A DNA stretch of 14,116 nucleotides from Octopus vulgaris (lineage: Eukaryota), in NCBI GenBank assembly GCA_951406725.2, contig CATOCA020000050.1, positions 1 to 14,116 on the forward strand, read 5' to 3'. The translations under genes were made by a program, and so were the position numbers. How positions within the stretch are numbered: position 1 is the first letter of the stretch; each line of letters begins with the position of its first letter. The notes below the pieces were generated by a model that searched no databases, was not told where the DNA came from, and saw nothing but the letters and a program-made list of their open reading frames with translations. This document shows, one piece after another, positions 1 to 14,116 of the stretch.

Positions 1-76
1 AACTCCTATCAGAAAATGAAACACGTGTAATGATAGCTAAATGATATAAATAACTTTTTTCCAGCCTCCTCTTTTT

Positions 77-1332
<1,256 letters not shown>

Positions 1333-1400
1333 AGGTTTTTGGCCAGTATTGGCCCAGGCCATGTCTAACTTAATAGCACCACCTGGCGAAGTCTTTCAGT

Positions 1401-3194
<1,794 letters not shown>

Positions 3195-4318
3195 GATTGA
3201 TTGATTGATTGATTGATTCTAGTTTCAGCTTATGAGCTGTGGCCATGCTGGGGCACCGCCATTTGGTGTTGCTACTTGGTTTCACTTCATGGAGGCTTTC
3301 TAGCAACTGCTATTTGGTGCATGAGAGAGTTCGATGCAGCTGCCCTCATCTGCCCCTCCTGCCGTGAAGTTGGTTCATCTGGGACACCTGACAGGAAGAG
3401 ATCCAGCTCCATTTTAAAGACATCTGTATCCACCCCATGCAGGTCTCTCAGGTTCTTCGGGAGGATATTGAAGAGCTGTGGGCCTCGGAAGCCCAGGTTA
3501 TCACAGAATCTTGTCCTACATCTTGATGGCAAGTTTGGAGTCCTAGGCACCACGCAGTGGCGCCCAGTTCTGGCATTTGCGTAACTCTCGATGCCAAAGT
3601 TCAGGACACTTCCCTCCAGGATCTTCCAGATGTATATTATGGCATATCTTTCCCGCCTATGCTCCAGGGAATATAATTTTAATCTCTTGAGTCTTTCCCA
3701 GTAGCTTACATTCTGCATAGAGGCTATCTTCTTTGTGTAGCTTCGTTGGATCGCCTCAAGTTCTGTGATCAACTTGACACTGGATGGTGACCATAGCTGG
3801 GAGCAATAGTCAAAGTGGCTTAGGACAAGTGTCTTCCAGAGGACCATCATGGTTTCTTGTTCTCTTGTTCTAAAGGTTCTAAGAATCCATCCAGCCAGCC
3901 GTCTGCATTTCATTGTCAGTTTAGCAACATGTACATGAAAGGTCGCGTCATCACTCATGTGAATACCCAGGTCACGCACTGATTGTGCCTCTGGGATTGC
4001 AATCCCTCCGGGTCCAGTGTATTCCTTGGGTATTGCATTCAGTTTTGCATGCTGATAGTATAAAGCTTGAAACTTTTCAGCATTGAACTGCATGCTATTC
4101 TTTTCAGCCCACTTGTATATTTCGTCCAGCTCATATTGCAGGTGCTTAGTGTCTTCAGGGTTCTGTATTGCCTGTGAAACTTTTGTATCATCTGCATAAC
4201 TTGTGATCGTGGCTCTCCGCGTGGCTGAGGGCATGTCTGAGAGGGCCATTATGAACAGTAGTGGTCCCAAAACAGTGCCCTGTGGAACACCGCTCACTAT
4301 TTGCGTGCTAATGGAAGT
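3195..4318 (-). mobile_element. 5'-truncated CR1-group LINE, family B, copy 1
   Basis: Reverse complement of 7863-8984 at about 99% identity (roughly ten substitutions and two 1-nt indels by eye). Ends in an (AATC)6 tail at 3195-3218. Confidence 0.95.
3287..4318 (-). pseudogene. LINE ORF2 fragment: C-terminal part of reverse transcriptase plus C-terminal domain, open frame
   Basis: [24 protein letters not shown] and [10 protein letters not shown] motifs; no stops over 336+ codons; truncated at its 5' end. Confidence 0.92.
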
Positions 4319-4563
4319 AGATATATGTATATATATGTATATATATGTATATATATATATGTATATATATAAATGTATATATATATATGTATATATATAT
4401 ATGTATATATATGTATATATATATATGTATATATATATATGTATATATATGTATATATATGTATGTATATATATGTATATATATATATGTATATATATGT
4501 ATATATATATGTATATATATGTATATATATATGTATATATATATATATATATGTATATATATG

Positions 4564-4594
<31 letters not shown>

Positions 4595-4605
4595 GTATAT
4601 ATATG

Positions 4606-4636
<31 letters not shown>

Positions 4637-4638
4637 GT

Positions 4639-4702
<64 letters not shown>

Positions 4703-4727
4703 GTATATATATGTATATATATGTATA

Positions 4728-4770
<43 letters not shown>

Positions 4771-4920
4771 GTATATATATATATGTATATATATATATGT
4801 ATATATATATATGTATATATATATATGTATATATGTATATGTATATATGTATATATATATATGTATATATGTATATGTATATATGTATATATATATATGT
4901 AGATATATGTATATATATAT
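4319..4920. repeat. (TA)n / (TATG)-rich degenerate microsatellite
   Basis: Directly visible; dense G interruptions. Confidence 0.98.
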
Positions 4921-5964
<1,044 letters not shown>

Positions 5965-8893
5965 ATCAGAGGACTACTAACACACAGTAACAGGACAAAA
6001 GTCCCGTTCCTGAGAGACTTTGTCGCATGCAATCAAGCCTTATGCATAGCACTCACAGAAACGCATCTGAAACCGGACATAGCAGATGCGGAATTACACA
6101 TACCACAGTATGTTGTACTACGGACCGACAGGAAAGAAAGAAGTCATGGAGGAGTTGCTATGTACATCCGTGGGGACCTCACACCCCAGGTCCTTTTGTC
6201 ATACTCAAACACTAATTGTACACATAAGGCAACTTGATGTAGTTGTGTGTGCTACATATCGCCCTCCAGATGCCCCAAGTCATATGGGCAAGTTTGAGGA
6301 CTGCCTTTTAAAAATAGAAGAAGTTCTAACCACATTAGAACAACACATAAGTGTACTTCTCATGGGAGACTTCAATCTACCGAATGTCAGATGGCCCGAG
6401 GGCCTTTCTCTCCCAGGAATGACAAGATGTGAACGAGGACAGGCGAGGTCCCTCCTGAACCTCACCAACACCCTGTACATGGAGCAAGTAATACTCCAAC
6501 CAACCAGAGCAGGTAACACACTGGATCTCTGCTTCACAAATAATATGGATCTCATCCATAATGTGAAAGTGACACCGACACTACTCTCGGATCACAACAT
6601 GGTAGAGCTGACCATGTACGGGCCAAAAGAGAGCACGGACATGCAGCCTACAAGAAACCCTCAGAATCTTTCCAGCTTGAACTTCAATAAGGCAAACTGG
6701 AAACAAATTGAGAAAGAGATCCTCAAACAAAACTGGCCTGAATGTCTCTCCTCGCCGGACATCGACATGATACTTCAACAATTCATGTCTGTAATGCAAG
6801 CCATATGCTACAAATGTGTCCCAGAGAGAAAGGCCACTGTACACAAGAACAAAATCCCCAGAGAGAGAAAATTTTAATGAGACGGCGTACAAAAATCTCA
6901 AATCGCCTAAACAAACAAATTGAAAGCAGTGAAAAGTCCCGCCTGAAAATAAAACTGTTGGAAATTGAAAATTGTCTGCAACTCTCCCATGAGAAGGAAA
7001 GAGCAGACAAAGAAGCCTGGGCTATAGACAACATAAAAACTAACCCCAGAGCTTTCTACAGGTATGCCAAAGAAACAGCTACGGTGCACTGTAGGATAGG
7101 GCCACTCCTTGAAAAGGATGGCACACTCACAGGAAAACCAATGAGGGTAAGTGAAATACTGAATGAACAATTCAAGAGTGTTTTCACTCCACCCCTTGGG
7201 CATTTCCAAATCAGCAATCCAACTGACTTTTTACCACTGCAGATATAGAATCAGAGGCGGCGACGTTAAATTACATCGATATAAAGGAAGACGATGTAAT
7301 AAAGGCTATAGATGAAATGAAAATAGACTCAGCTATTGGCCCCGATGGATTCCCGGCAATCCTCCTAAAAGTATGTAAGAGAGTCTTAGCAAGACCACTG
7401 CAGTTCCTCTTTCAGAGCTTCCTTGCAGCTGGCAAACTTCCAAGAAAACTGAAGGAAGGTAAAATATGCCCTATTCATAAAGGAGGTAGCAGAGCGGAGG
7501 CCAAGAACTACAGACCTATCTCTCTGACCTCACACATCAGCAAGGTCATGGAACGAATAGTCAGAAGGAAACTAATCACCTTCCTTGAAGAAAATGACTT
7601 GCTGCCTGACACCCAACATGGTTTCCGACCAGGAAGAAGCTGCTTAACTCAGCTCCTGCAGCACTATGACTGGGTGCTGAAACAACTGCTCAACCACTCA
7701 AATGTGGAAGTCATATATCTCGACTTCGCAAAGGCCTTCGATAAAGTCGATCATGGAATGATATGTCACAAACTGCGTGATCTTGGCATAGTTGGAAAAC
7801 TAGGAGAATGGCTTCACGACTTTCTGAAGAATAGAAGTCAGGTGGTAGTAGCCAATGGGGCCACTTCCATTAGCACGCAAATAGTGAGCGGTGTTCCACA
7901 GGGCACTGTTTTGGGACCACTACTGTTCATAATGGCCCTCTCAGACATGCCCTCAGCCACGCGGAGAGCCACGATCACAAGTTATGCAGATGATACAAAA
8001 GTTTCACAGGCAATACAGAACCCTGAAGACACTAGGCACCTGCAATATGAGCTGGACGAAATATACAAGTGGGCTGAAAAGAATAGCATGCAGTTCAATG
8101 CTGAAAAGTTTCAAGCTTTATACTATCAGCATGCAAAACTGAATGCAATACCCAAGAATACACTGGACCCGGAGGGATTGCAATCCCAGAGGCACAATCA
8201 GTGCGTGACCTGGGTATTCACATGAGTGATGACGCGACCTTTCATGTACATGTTGCTAAACTGACAGTGAAATGCAGACGGCTGGCTGGATGGATTCTTA
8301 GAACCTTTAGAACAAGAGAACAAGAAACCATGATGGTCCTCTGGAAGACACTTGTCCTAAGTCACTTTGACTATTGCTCTCAGCTATGGTCACCATCCAG
8401 TGTCAAGTTGATCACAGAACTTGAGGCGATCCAACGAAGCTACACGAAGAAGATAGCCTCTATGCAGAATGTAAGCTACTGGGAAAGACTCAAGAGATTA
8501 AAATTATATTCCCTGGAGCGTAGGCGGGAAAGATATGCCATAATATACATCTGGAAGATCCTGGAGGGAAGTGTCCTGAACTTTGGCATCGAGAGTTACG
8601 CAAACGCCAGAACTGGGCGCCACTGCGTGGTGCCTAGGACTCCAAACTTGCCATCAAGATGTAGGACAAGATTCTGTGATAGCCTGGGCTTCCGAGGCCC
8701 ACAGCTCTTCAATATCCTCCCGATGAACCTGAGAGACCTGCATGGGGTGGATACAGATGTCTTTAAAATGGAGCTGGATCTCTTCCTGTCAGGTGTCCCA
8801 GATGAACCAACTTCACGGCAGGAGGGGCAGATGAGGGCAGCTGCATCGAACTCTCTCATGCACCAAATAGCAGTTGCTAGAAAGCCTCCATGA
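5965..8893 (+). pseudogene. LINE ORF2 (APE endonuclease + reverse transcriptase) with four frameshifts
   Basis: Stitched from ORFs 5785, 6086, 6742, 7317 and 8201. Lesions: 14-nt deletion after 6210 (vs copy 3), inferred 1-nt losses at ~6870 (A run) and ~7230 (T run), and a lost G at ~8156 (vs copy 1). Confidence 0.92.
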
Positions 8894-8984
8894 AGTGAAA
8901 CCAAGTAGCAACACCAAATGGCGGTGCCCCAGCATGGCCACAGCTCATAGCTGAAACTGGAATCAATCAATCAATCAATCAATC
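5965..8984 (+). mobile_element. CR1-group LINE, family B, copy 2: near-complete ORF2, 3'UTR and (AATC)6 tail
   Basis: APE endonuclease motifs (IRGL, ALTETHL, GGVAMY, YRPP, MGDFN, LDL, SDH), RT motifs (NYRPISLTS, QHGF, YLDFAKAFD, GVPQG, YADD), C-terminal domain, tail at 8961-8984. Confidence 0.96.
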
Positions 8985-9023
8985 ATATATATGTATATAT
9001 ATATGTATATATATATGTATATA

Positions 9024-9070
<47 letters not shown>

Positions 9071-9090
9071 CATATATATATATATATATA
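8985..9090. repeat. Short (TA)n microsatellite
   Basis: Directly visible. Confidence 0.95.
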
Positions 9091-9317
9091 CGTTCTGAGA
9101 TTTAATAATATTTTATATATATATATGGATTAAAAATGGGAAAAATTGATGGTAAATTTTTTTTTTAAATCGTAGACTCATCGTAGACGCGCGCCATATA
9201 TATGAATCACGACTATAAGATACCCGGTTTTGGTTAAACTGCACCGCAAAATGTGGGAGTAGTTAGGAATCTAAATCGTAGGAGACAGACACACAATCTC
9301 ACTTTTATATATAAAGA
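9091..9317 (-). mobile_element. Possible non-autonomous Helitron-like element, 5' portion
   Basis: Minus strand starts A|TCTTTATATATAAAAGTGAGATTGTGTGTCTGTCT, matching the TC 5' end, AT-rich leader and GTCT repeats typical of invertebrate non-autonomous Helitrons. No CTRR 3' end found. Confidence 0.45.
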
Positions 9318-9547
9318 TTTCCTCTATTTACATAATATTGAGGTCTCTTTCTTTCTTTTGTTATCTTACTGTTTTTACCAATATACATATATATATATAT
9401 ATAAATATATATATAGTTACAGAGATGTACTTGCATAGCAAGTGACTTAATCTGAGATCGTGTGCTGGAACGAAAACAGTTGCAGCGTTGAAGGTGTTTA
9501 TAAGCCATTTAAGAAACACACAAAACCGTTAGATTCACTTCAACATT

Positions 9548-9669
9548 TAAATTAAATTTGTCAAAATATTTTTCGAGCGCTTGAGACCGCGACCTGTTAG
9601 CACGATATTTTTGTCAGTGAACAGGTCGCGGTCTCAAAGCGACGAAAATATTTTACTCAATTAAATTTA
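9548..9669. repeat. Imperfect inverted repeat, ~50-bp arms, 21-nt spacer
   Basis: Perfect 18-bp core TTGAGACCGCGACCTGTT (9581-9598) / AACAGGTCGCGGTCTCAA (9620-9637), with imperfect pairing outward. Confidence 0.92.
9610..9660 (+). ncRNA. Minimal type I hammerhead ribozyme-like motif, G3:C8 variant (partly decayed)
   Basis: TTTGTCA (stem I 5') - GTGAACA core - G - GTCGC/GGTCTCAAA/GCGAC stem II - GAAA - ATAT - TT. The stem I 3' strand is decayed here but intact (TGACAAA) in the inverted copy at 9563-9557. Confidence 0.55.
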
Positions 9670-9960
9670 CCCCCACCACGCATGCCGGAAGTTCCTATTC
9701 GGTCTTCCATTCCGGGGTTGCTTTCTTAAGACTGGCTCTCACCATCCCTACCCCCTTCCCTACCCCTAGTCTCGACCTATGTAAGGTAATATATATACAG
9801 TGCAAATATATGATATAGGCTAGCGTATATGCAGGTATGTACTGAAGGCTATGTGTGTACTTCATTTTTTGCATGAATTCTGCCAAATGTGTGCGTGTCT
9901 TTTCAGGTACACGAAGCTACTGTCCACCGTCCCAGGGTCTCTAGAGCCCATGCTTGACAA

Positions 9961-10100
9961 CGGGTTGGCACCTTTGTTGGCATCCCTGTCAGGTCTAGTG
10001 AGATAGTCGAGATGCTTGAAACGGAGATGTGTGGATATATGTTGCATGCAAGAAATAAGGTGGAGAGGAGGATCAAACTAGGTTCTTCACAGGCATTGAA
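9961..10100 (+). pseudogene. Decayed RTE-clade APE endonuclease N-terminus relic
   Basis: With two +1 shifts (10021, ~10077) it reads RVGTFVGIPVRSSEIVEMLE/RRCVDICCMQEIRWRGGS/TRFFTG, matching the RTE EN start pattern (VGT..NV..L...E....VDI.C.QE.RW.G). Confidence 0.7.
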
Positions 10101-10152
10101 CGCATGGCCACAGAGCAATGGCTGGAAAAAGCAGAAGAATAAAAGGAATTAT

Positions 10153-10767
10153 TGAGGGGGACCTCTACATGGTAGCTAGACCTGGTAGAAATAGCAGCAA
10201 AATTTCCCCCCAAATCACACCTTACTGTCTTATCTATGTATATATGTATGTATGAGCCTATGAGGGAGACCCCTACATGGCAGCTAGACATGGTAGAAAT
10301 AGCAGCCAAATCTCCCTCAAATCACACCTTACTGTCTTATGTATGTATATATATATGAGCCAATGAAGGGGGACCTCTACATGGTAGCTAGACCTGGTAG
10401 AAATAGCAGCCAAATTTCCCCCAAATCACACCTTACTGTCTTATCTATGTATATATGTATGTATGAGCCTATGAGGGAGACCCCTACATGGCAGCTAGAC
10501 CTGGTAGAAATAGCAGCCAAATTTCCCCCAAATCACACACTTACTGTCTTATCTATGTATATATGTATGTATGAGCCTATGAGGGAGACCCCTACATGGC
10601 AGCTAGACCTGGCAGAAATAGCAGCCAAATTTCCCCCAAATCACACCTTACTGTCTTATCTATGTATATATGTATGTATGAGCCTATGAGGGAGACCCCT
10701 ACATGGCAGCTAGACATGGTAGAAATAGCAGCCAAATCTCCTCAAATCACACCTTACTGTCTTATCT
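10153..10767. repeat. Minisatellite, six units of 104-108 bp (last partial)
   Basis: CTACATGG anchor at 10165, 10273, 10377, 10484, 10592 and 10699; core GGTAGAAATAGCAGCCAAAT..CAAATCACACCTTACTGTCTTAT. Confidence 0.96.
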
Positions 10768-10802
10768 TTCTGCTACTTATATTCGTCGTAAAACTTTCCT
10801 GT

Positions 10803-10874
10803 CACACACTCACGCACACGCACACACACACACACACGCGCGCACCCTCACACACACACGCGCGCACACCCTCA

Positions 10875-10907
<33 letters not shown>

Positions 10908-10921
10908 TCACACACACGCAC
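10803..10921. repeat. (CA)n microsatellite with CG/CT interruptions
   Basis: Directly visible. Confidence 0.95.
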
Positions 10922-11099
10922 GTTAGCTTACAATTTTATTTATATATTTGCGTGTCTATGTGTTGAAAGAGGAAGTGGGAGGCAGAGTGAAAGAATCACT
11001 CACTACAGTAAGTAAATTACTTTCATTTTATTCGCTGCCCACTGTGTGTGTGCGTTTGCGTGTGGTGTAAACCAGACTAAGAAAAGCATTTGACACACA

Positions 11100-11288
11100 C
11101 ACCAGAATGTGAGTGTTTCTGTAAATTTTGCTTAATTGGAGTTTAAATTTTAAAAACTGGACCTGGCATGACGCGATGCATTGTACTCTTAAAATTGCTA
11201 GGTAAATTGTAATTGAAGAAATCCTATATTGTAGATTTGTATAACTCCCAAAGGGAGGCATATAAAATCTGCCTTTTATAATAAGAGA
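11100..11288 (-). mobile_element. Possible second Helitron-like 5' end (left boundary uncertain)
   Basis: Minus strand starts A|TCTCTTATTATAAAAGGCAGATTTTATATGCCT, with a TC start, AT-rich leader and subterminal hairpin (11256-11274). Confidence 0.35.
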
Positions 11289-12970
<1,682 letters not shown>

Positions 12971-13042
12971 GTCCACAACCCGTGGCCTTCTACATGGGAT
13001 GGAGCCAGCCTACGTATGCATACCTTCCCTTCTTGGGACACA

Positions 13043-13250
13043 AAACTCTACTTGTGAAGACGTGTTGAGGCAAGTGAGGATCAGAATCGAAATCGATCAA
13101 TGGAAATTGCGGATGTGCTACCAGTGCCGGTGGCATGTCGAAACTCTGCTTGTGAAGACCCATTGAGGCAAGTGAGGATCAGAATCGAAATCGATCAATG
13201 GAAATCGATCAATGGAAATTGCAGATGTGTTACCAGTGCCGGTGGCATGT
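13043..13250 (+). repeat. ~98-bp direct tandem duplication in RTE 3'UTR; second unit has an extra 14-bp duplication
   Basis: AAACTCT.CTTGTGAAGAC...GGTGGCATGT at 13043-13138 and 13141-13250; GAAATCGATCAATG doubled in unit 2. Confidence 0.92.
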
Positions 13251-13575
13251 AAGAGAACCTTCCGTTTCGCGACCGTTGCCAGCACCGCCCCGTTTCGTGT
13301 TCGTTGCCAGCCTCGCCTGGCCCTCGTGCCGGTGGCACATAAAAAACACCATCCGTTCGTGGCCGTTTGCCAGCTCTGGCTGGCACCAGTGCGGGTGGCA
13401 CGTAAAAAGCACCCACTACACTCACGGAGTGGTTGGCGTTAGGAAGGGCATCCAGCCGTAGAAACACTGCCAGATTTGACTGGGCCTGATGAAGCCTTCT
13501 GGCTTCACAGACCCCAGCAGAACCGTCCAACCCATGCTAGCATGGAAAACGGACGCTAAATGATGATGATGATGA

Positions 13576-13578
<3 letters not shown>

Positions 13579-13639
<61 letters not shown>

Positions 13640-13647
13640 ACTATATA
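13579..13647. repeat. Short (TA)n microsatellite
   Basis: Directly visible. Confidence 0.95.
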
Positions 13648-14116
13648 CCAGACCACCACAGCAAACAGACACAGGATGGACACCGCCGGCAACAACGTAC
13701 ACATCACCTCGATACTCCTACTGAACATCAGAGGACTGCAAACACTCAGTAACAGGACAAAGATCCCGTTCCTGAGAGACTTTGTTGCATGCAATCAAGC
13801 CTTATGCATAGCACTTACAGAAACGCACCTGAAACCGGACATAGCAGATGCGGAGTTACACATACCACAGTATGCTGTACTACGGACCGACAGGAAAGAA
13901 AGGAGTCATGGAGGTGTTGCTATGTACATCCGTGAGGACCTCACACCCCAGGTCCTCTTGTCATACTCAAACTCGGTGTGTGACACACTAATTGTACATA
14001 TTAGGCAACTTGGTGTAGTTGTGTGTGCTACATATCGCCCTCCAGATGCCCCAAGCCATGTGGGCAAGTTTGAAGACTGCCTTATAAAAATAGAAGAAAT
14101 TCTAACCACATTAGAA
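13648..14116 (+). mobile_element. CR1-group LINE, family B, copy 3 (runs off window)
   Basis: 13727-14116 aligns to 5965-6340 at roughly 94% identity by eye and retains the 14 nt missing from copy 2. Confidence 0.94.
13676..14116 (+). CDS. LINE ORF2 N-terminus (APE endonuclease), open for 147 codons to the window edge
   Basis: Own translation: [52 protein letters not shown]...GGVAMYIRE...TYRPP...; absent from the ORF track because no stop lies in the window. Confidence 0.8.
   Translation, partial: MDTAGNNVHITSILLLNIRGLQTLSNRTKIPFLRDFVACNQALCIALTETHLKPDIADAELHIPQYAVLRTDRKERSHGGVAMYIREDLTPQVLLSYSNSVCDTLIVHIRQLGVVVCATYRPPDAPSHVGKFEDCLIKIEEILTTLE

Larger units (their letters stand above)
9416..9669. 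mobile_element. Possible Penelope-like element pseudo-LTR remnant with partial inverted duplication
   Basis: Imperfect inverted repeat 9548-9669 whose arms carry a minimal hammerhead motif; this arrangement is known for PLE termini. Left boundary is inferred from the end of a TA tract. Confidence 0.5.

Noticed and set aside
3213-3584. Antisense ORFs over LINE coding regions (also 8596-8970, 6280-7209, 11607-13041, 13906-14109)
   Set aside because: Shadows of LINE ORF2 with no recognisable motifs; the duplicated one simply mirrors the duplicated element.
7317-8225. Prokaryotic RT system (retron, group II intron, DGR)
   Set aside because: The upstream APE endonuclease, tandem-repeat tails and 5' truncation identify non-LTR retrotransposons.
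9899-10100. Host exon after an acceptor-like TTTTCAG
   Set aside because: The downstream sequence is better explained as a frameshifted RTE endonuclease relic; no other host gene evidence.
10339-11015. Repetitive ORFs (MYEPMRETPTW..., HTHTH)
   Set aside because: Products of the minisatellite and CA tract.
13486-13510. CTGATGA followed by a hairpin, suggesting a hammerhead core
   Set aside because: No GAAA follows the stem, and the homologous copy near 5000-5012 has CTGGTGC instead.

Overview
Eukaryotic repeat-only DNA with no host gene detectable. An invertebrate, possibly cephalopod-like, origin is an inference from repeat content. About 4 kb of (TA)n microsatellite is split by non-LTR retrotransposon insertions: one 3' fragment of CR1-group family A, three copies of CR1-group family B (one near-complete but frameshifted ORF2), a 5'-truncated RTE whose RT carries an inserted PHD-type zinc finger, and an RTE-type 3'UTR fragment. 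A ~2.2-kb patch (9091-11288) contains two Helitron-like 5' ends, an inverted repeat encoding a variant (G3:C8) minimal hammerhead ribozyme of the Penelope type, a decayed RTE endonuclease 5' relic, a six-unit ~107-bp minisatellite and a CA/CG tract. All YIYI-type ORFs are microsatellite artefacts. Best candidates for novelty: convergent insertion of several LINE families into (TA)n, the variant hammerhead, the PHD finger inside the RT, and a 3' RNA motif shared between different LINE families.
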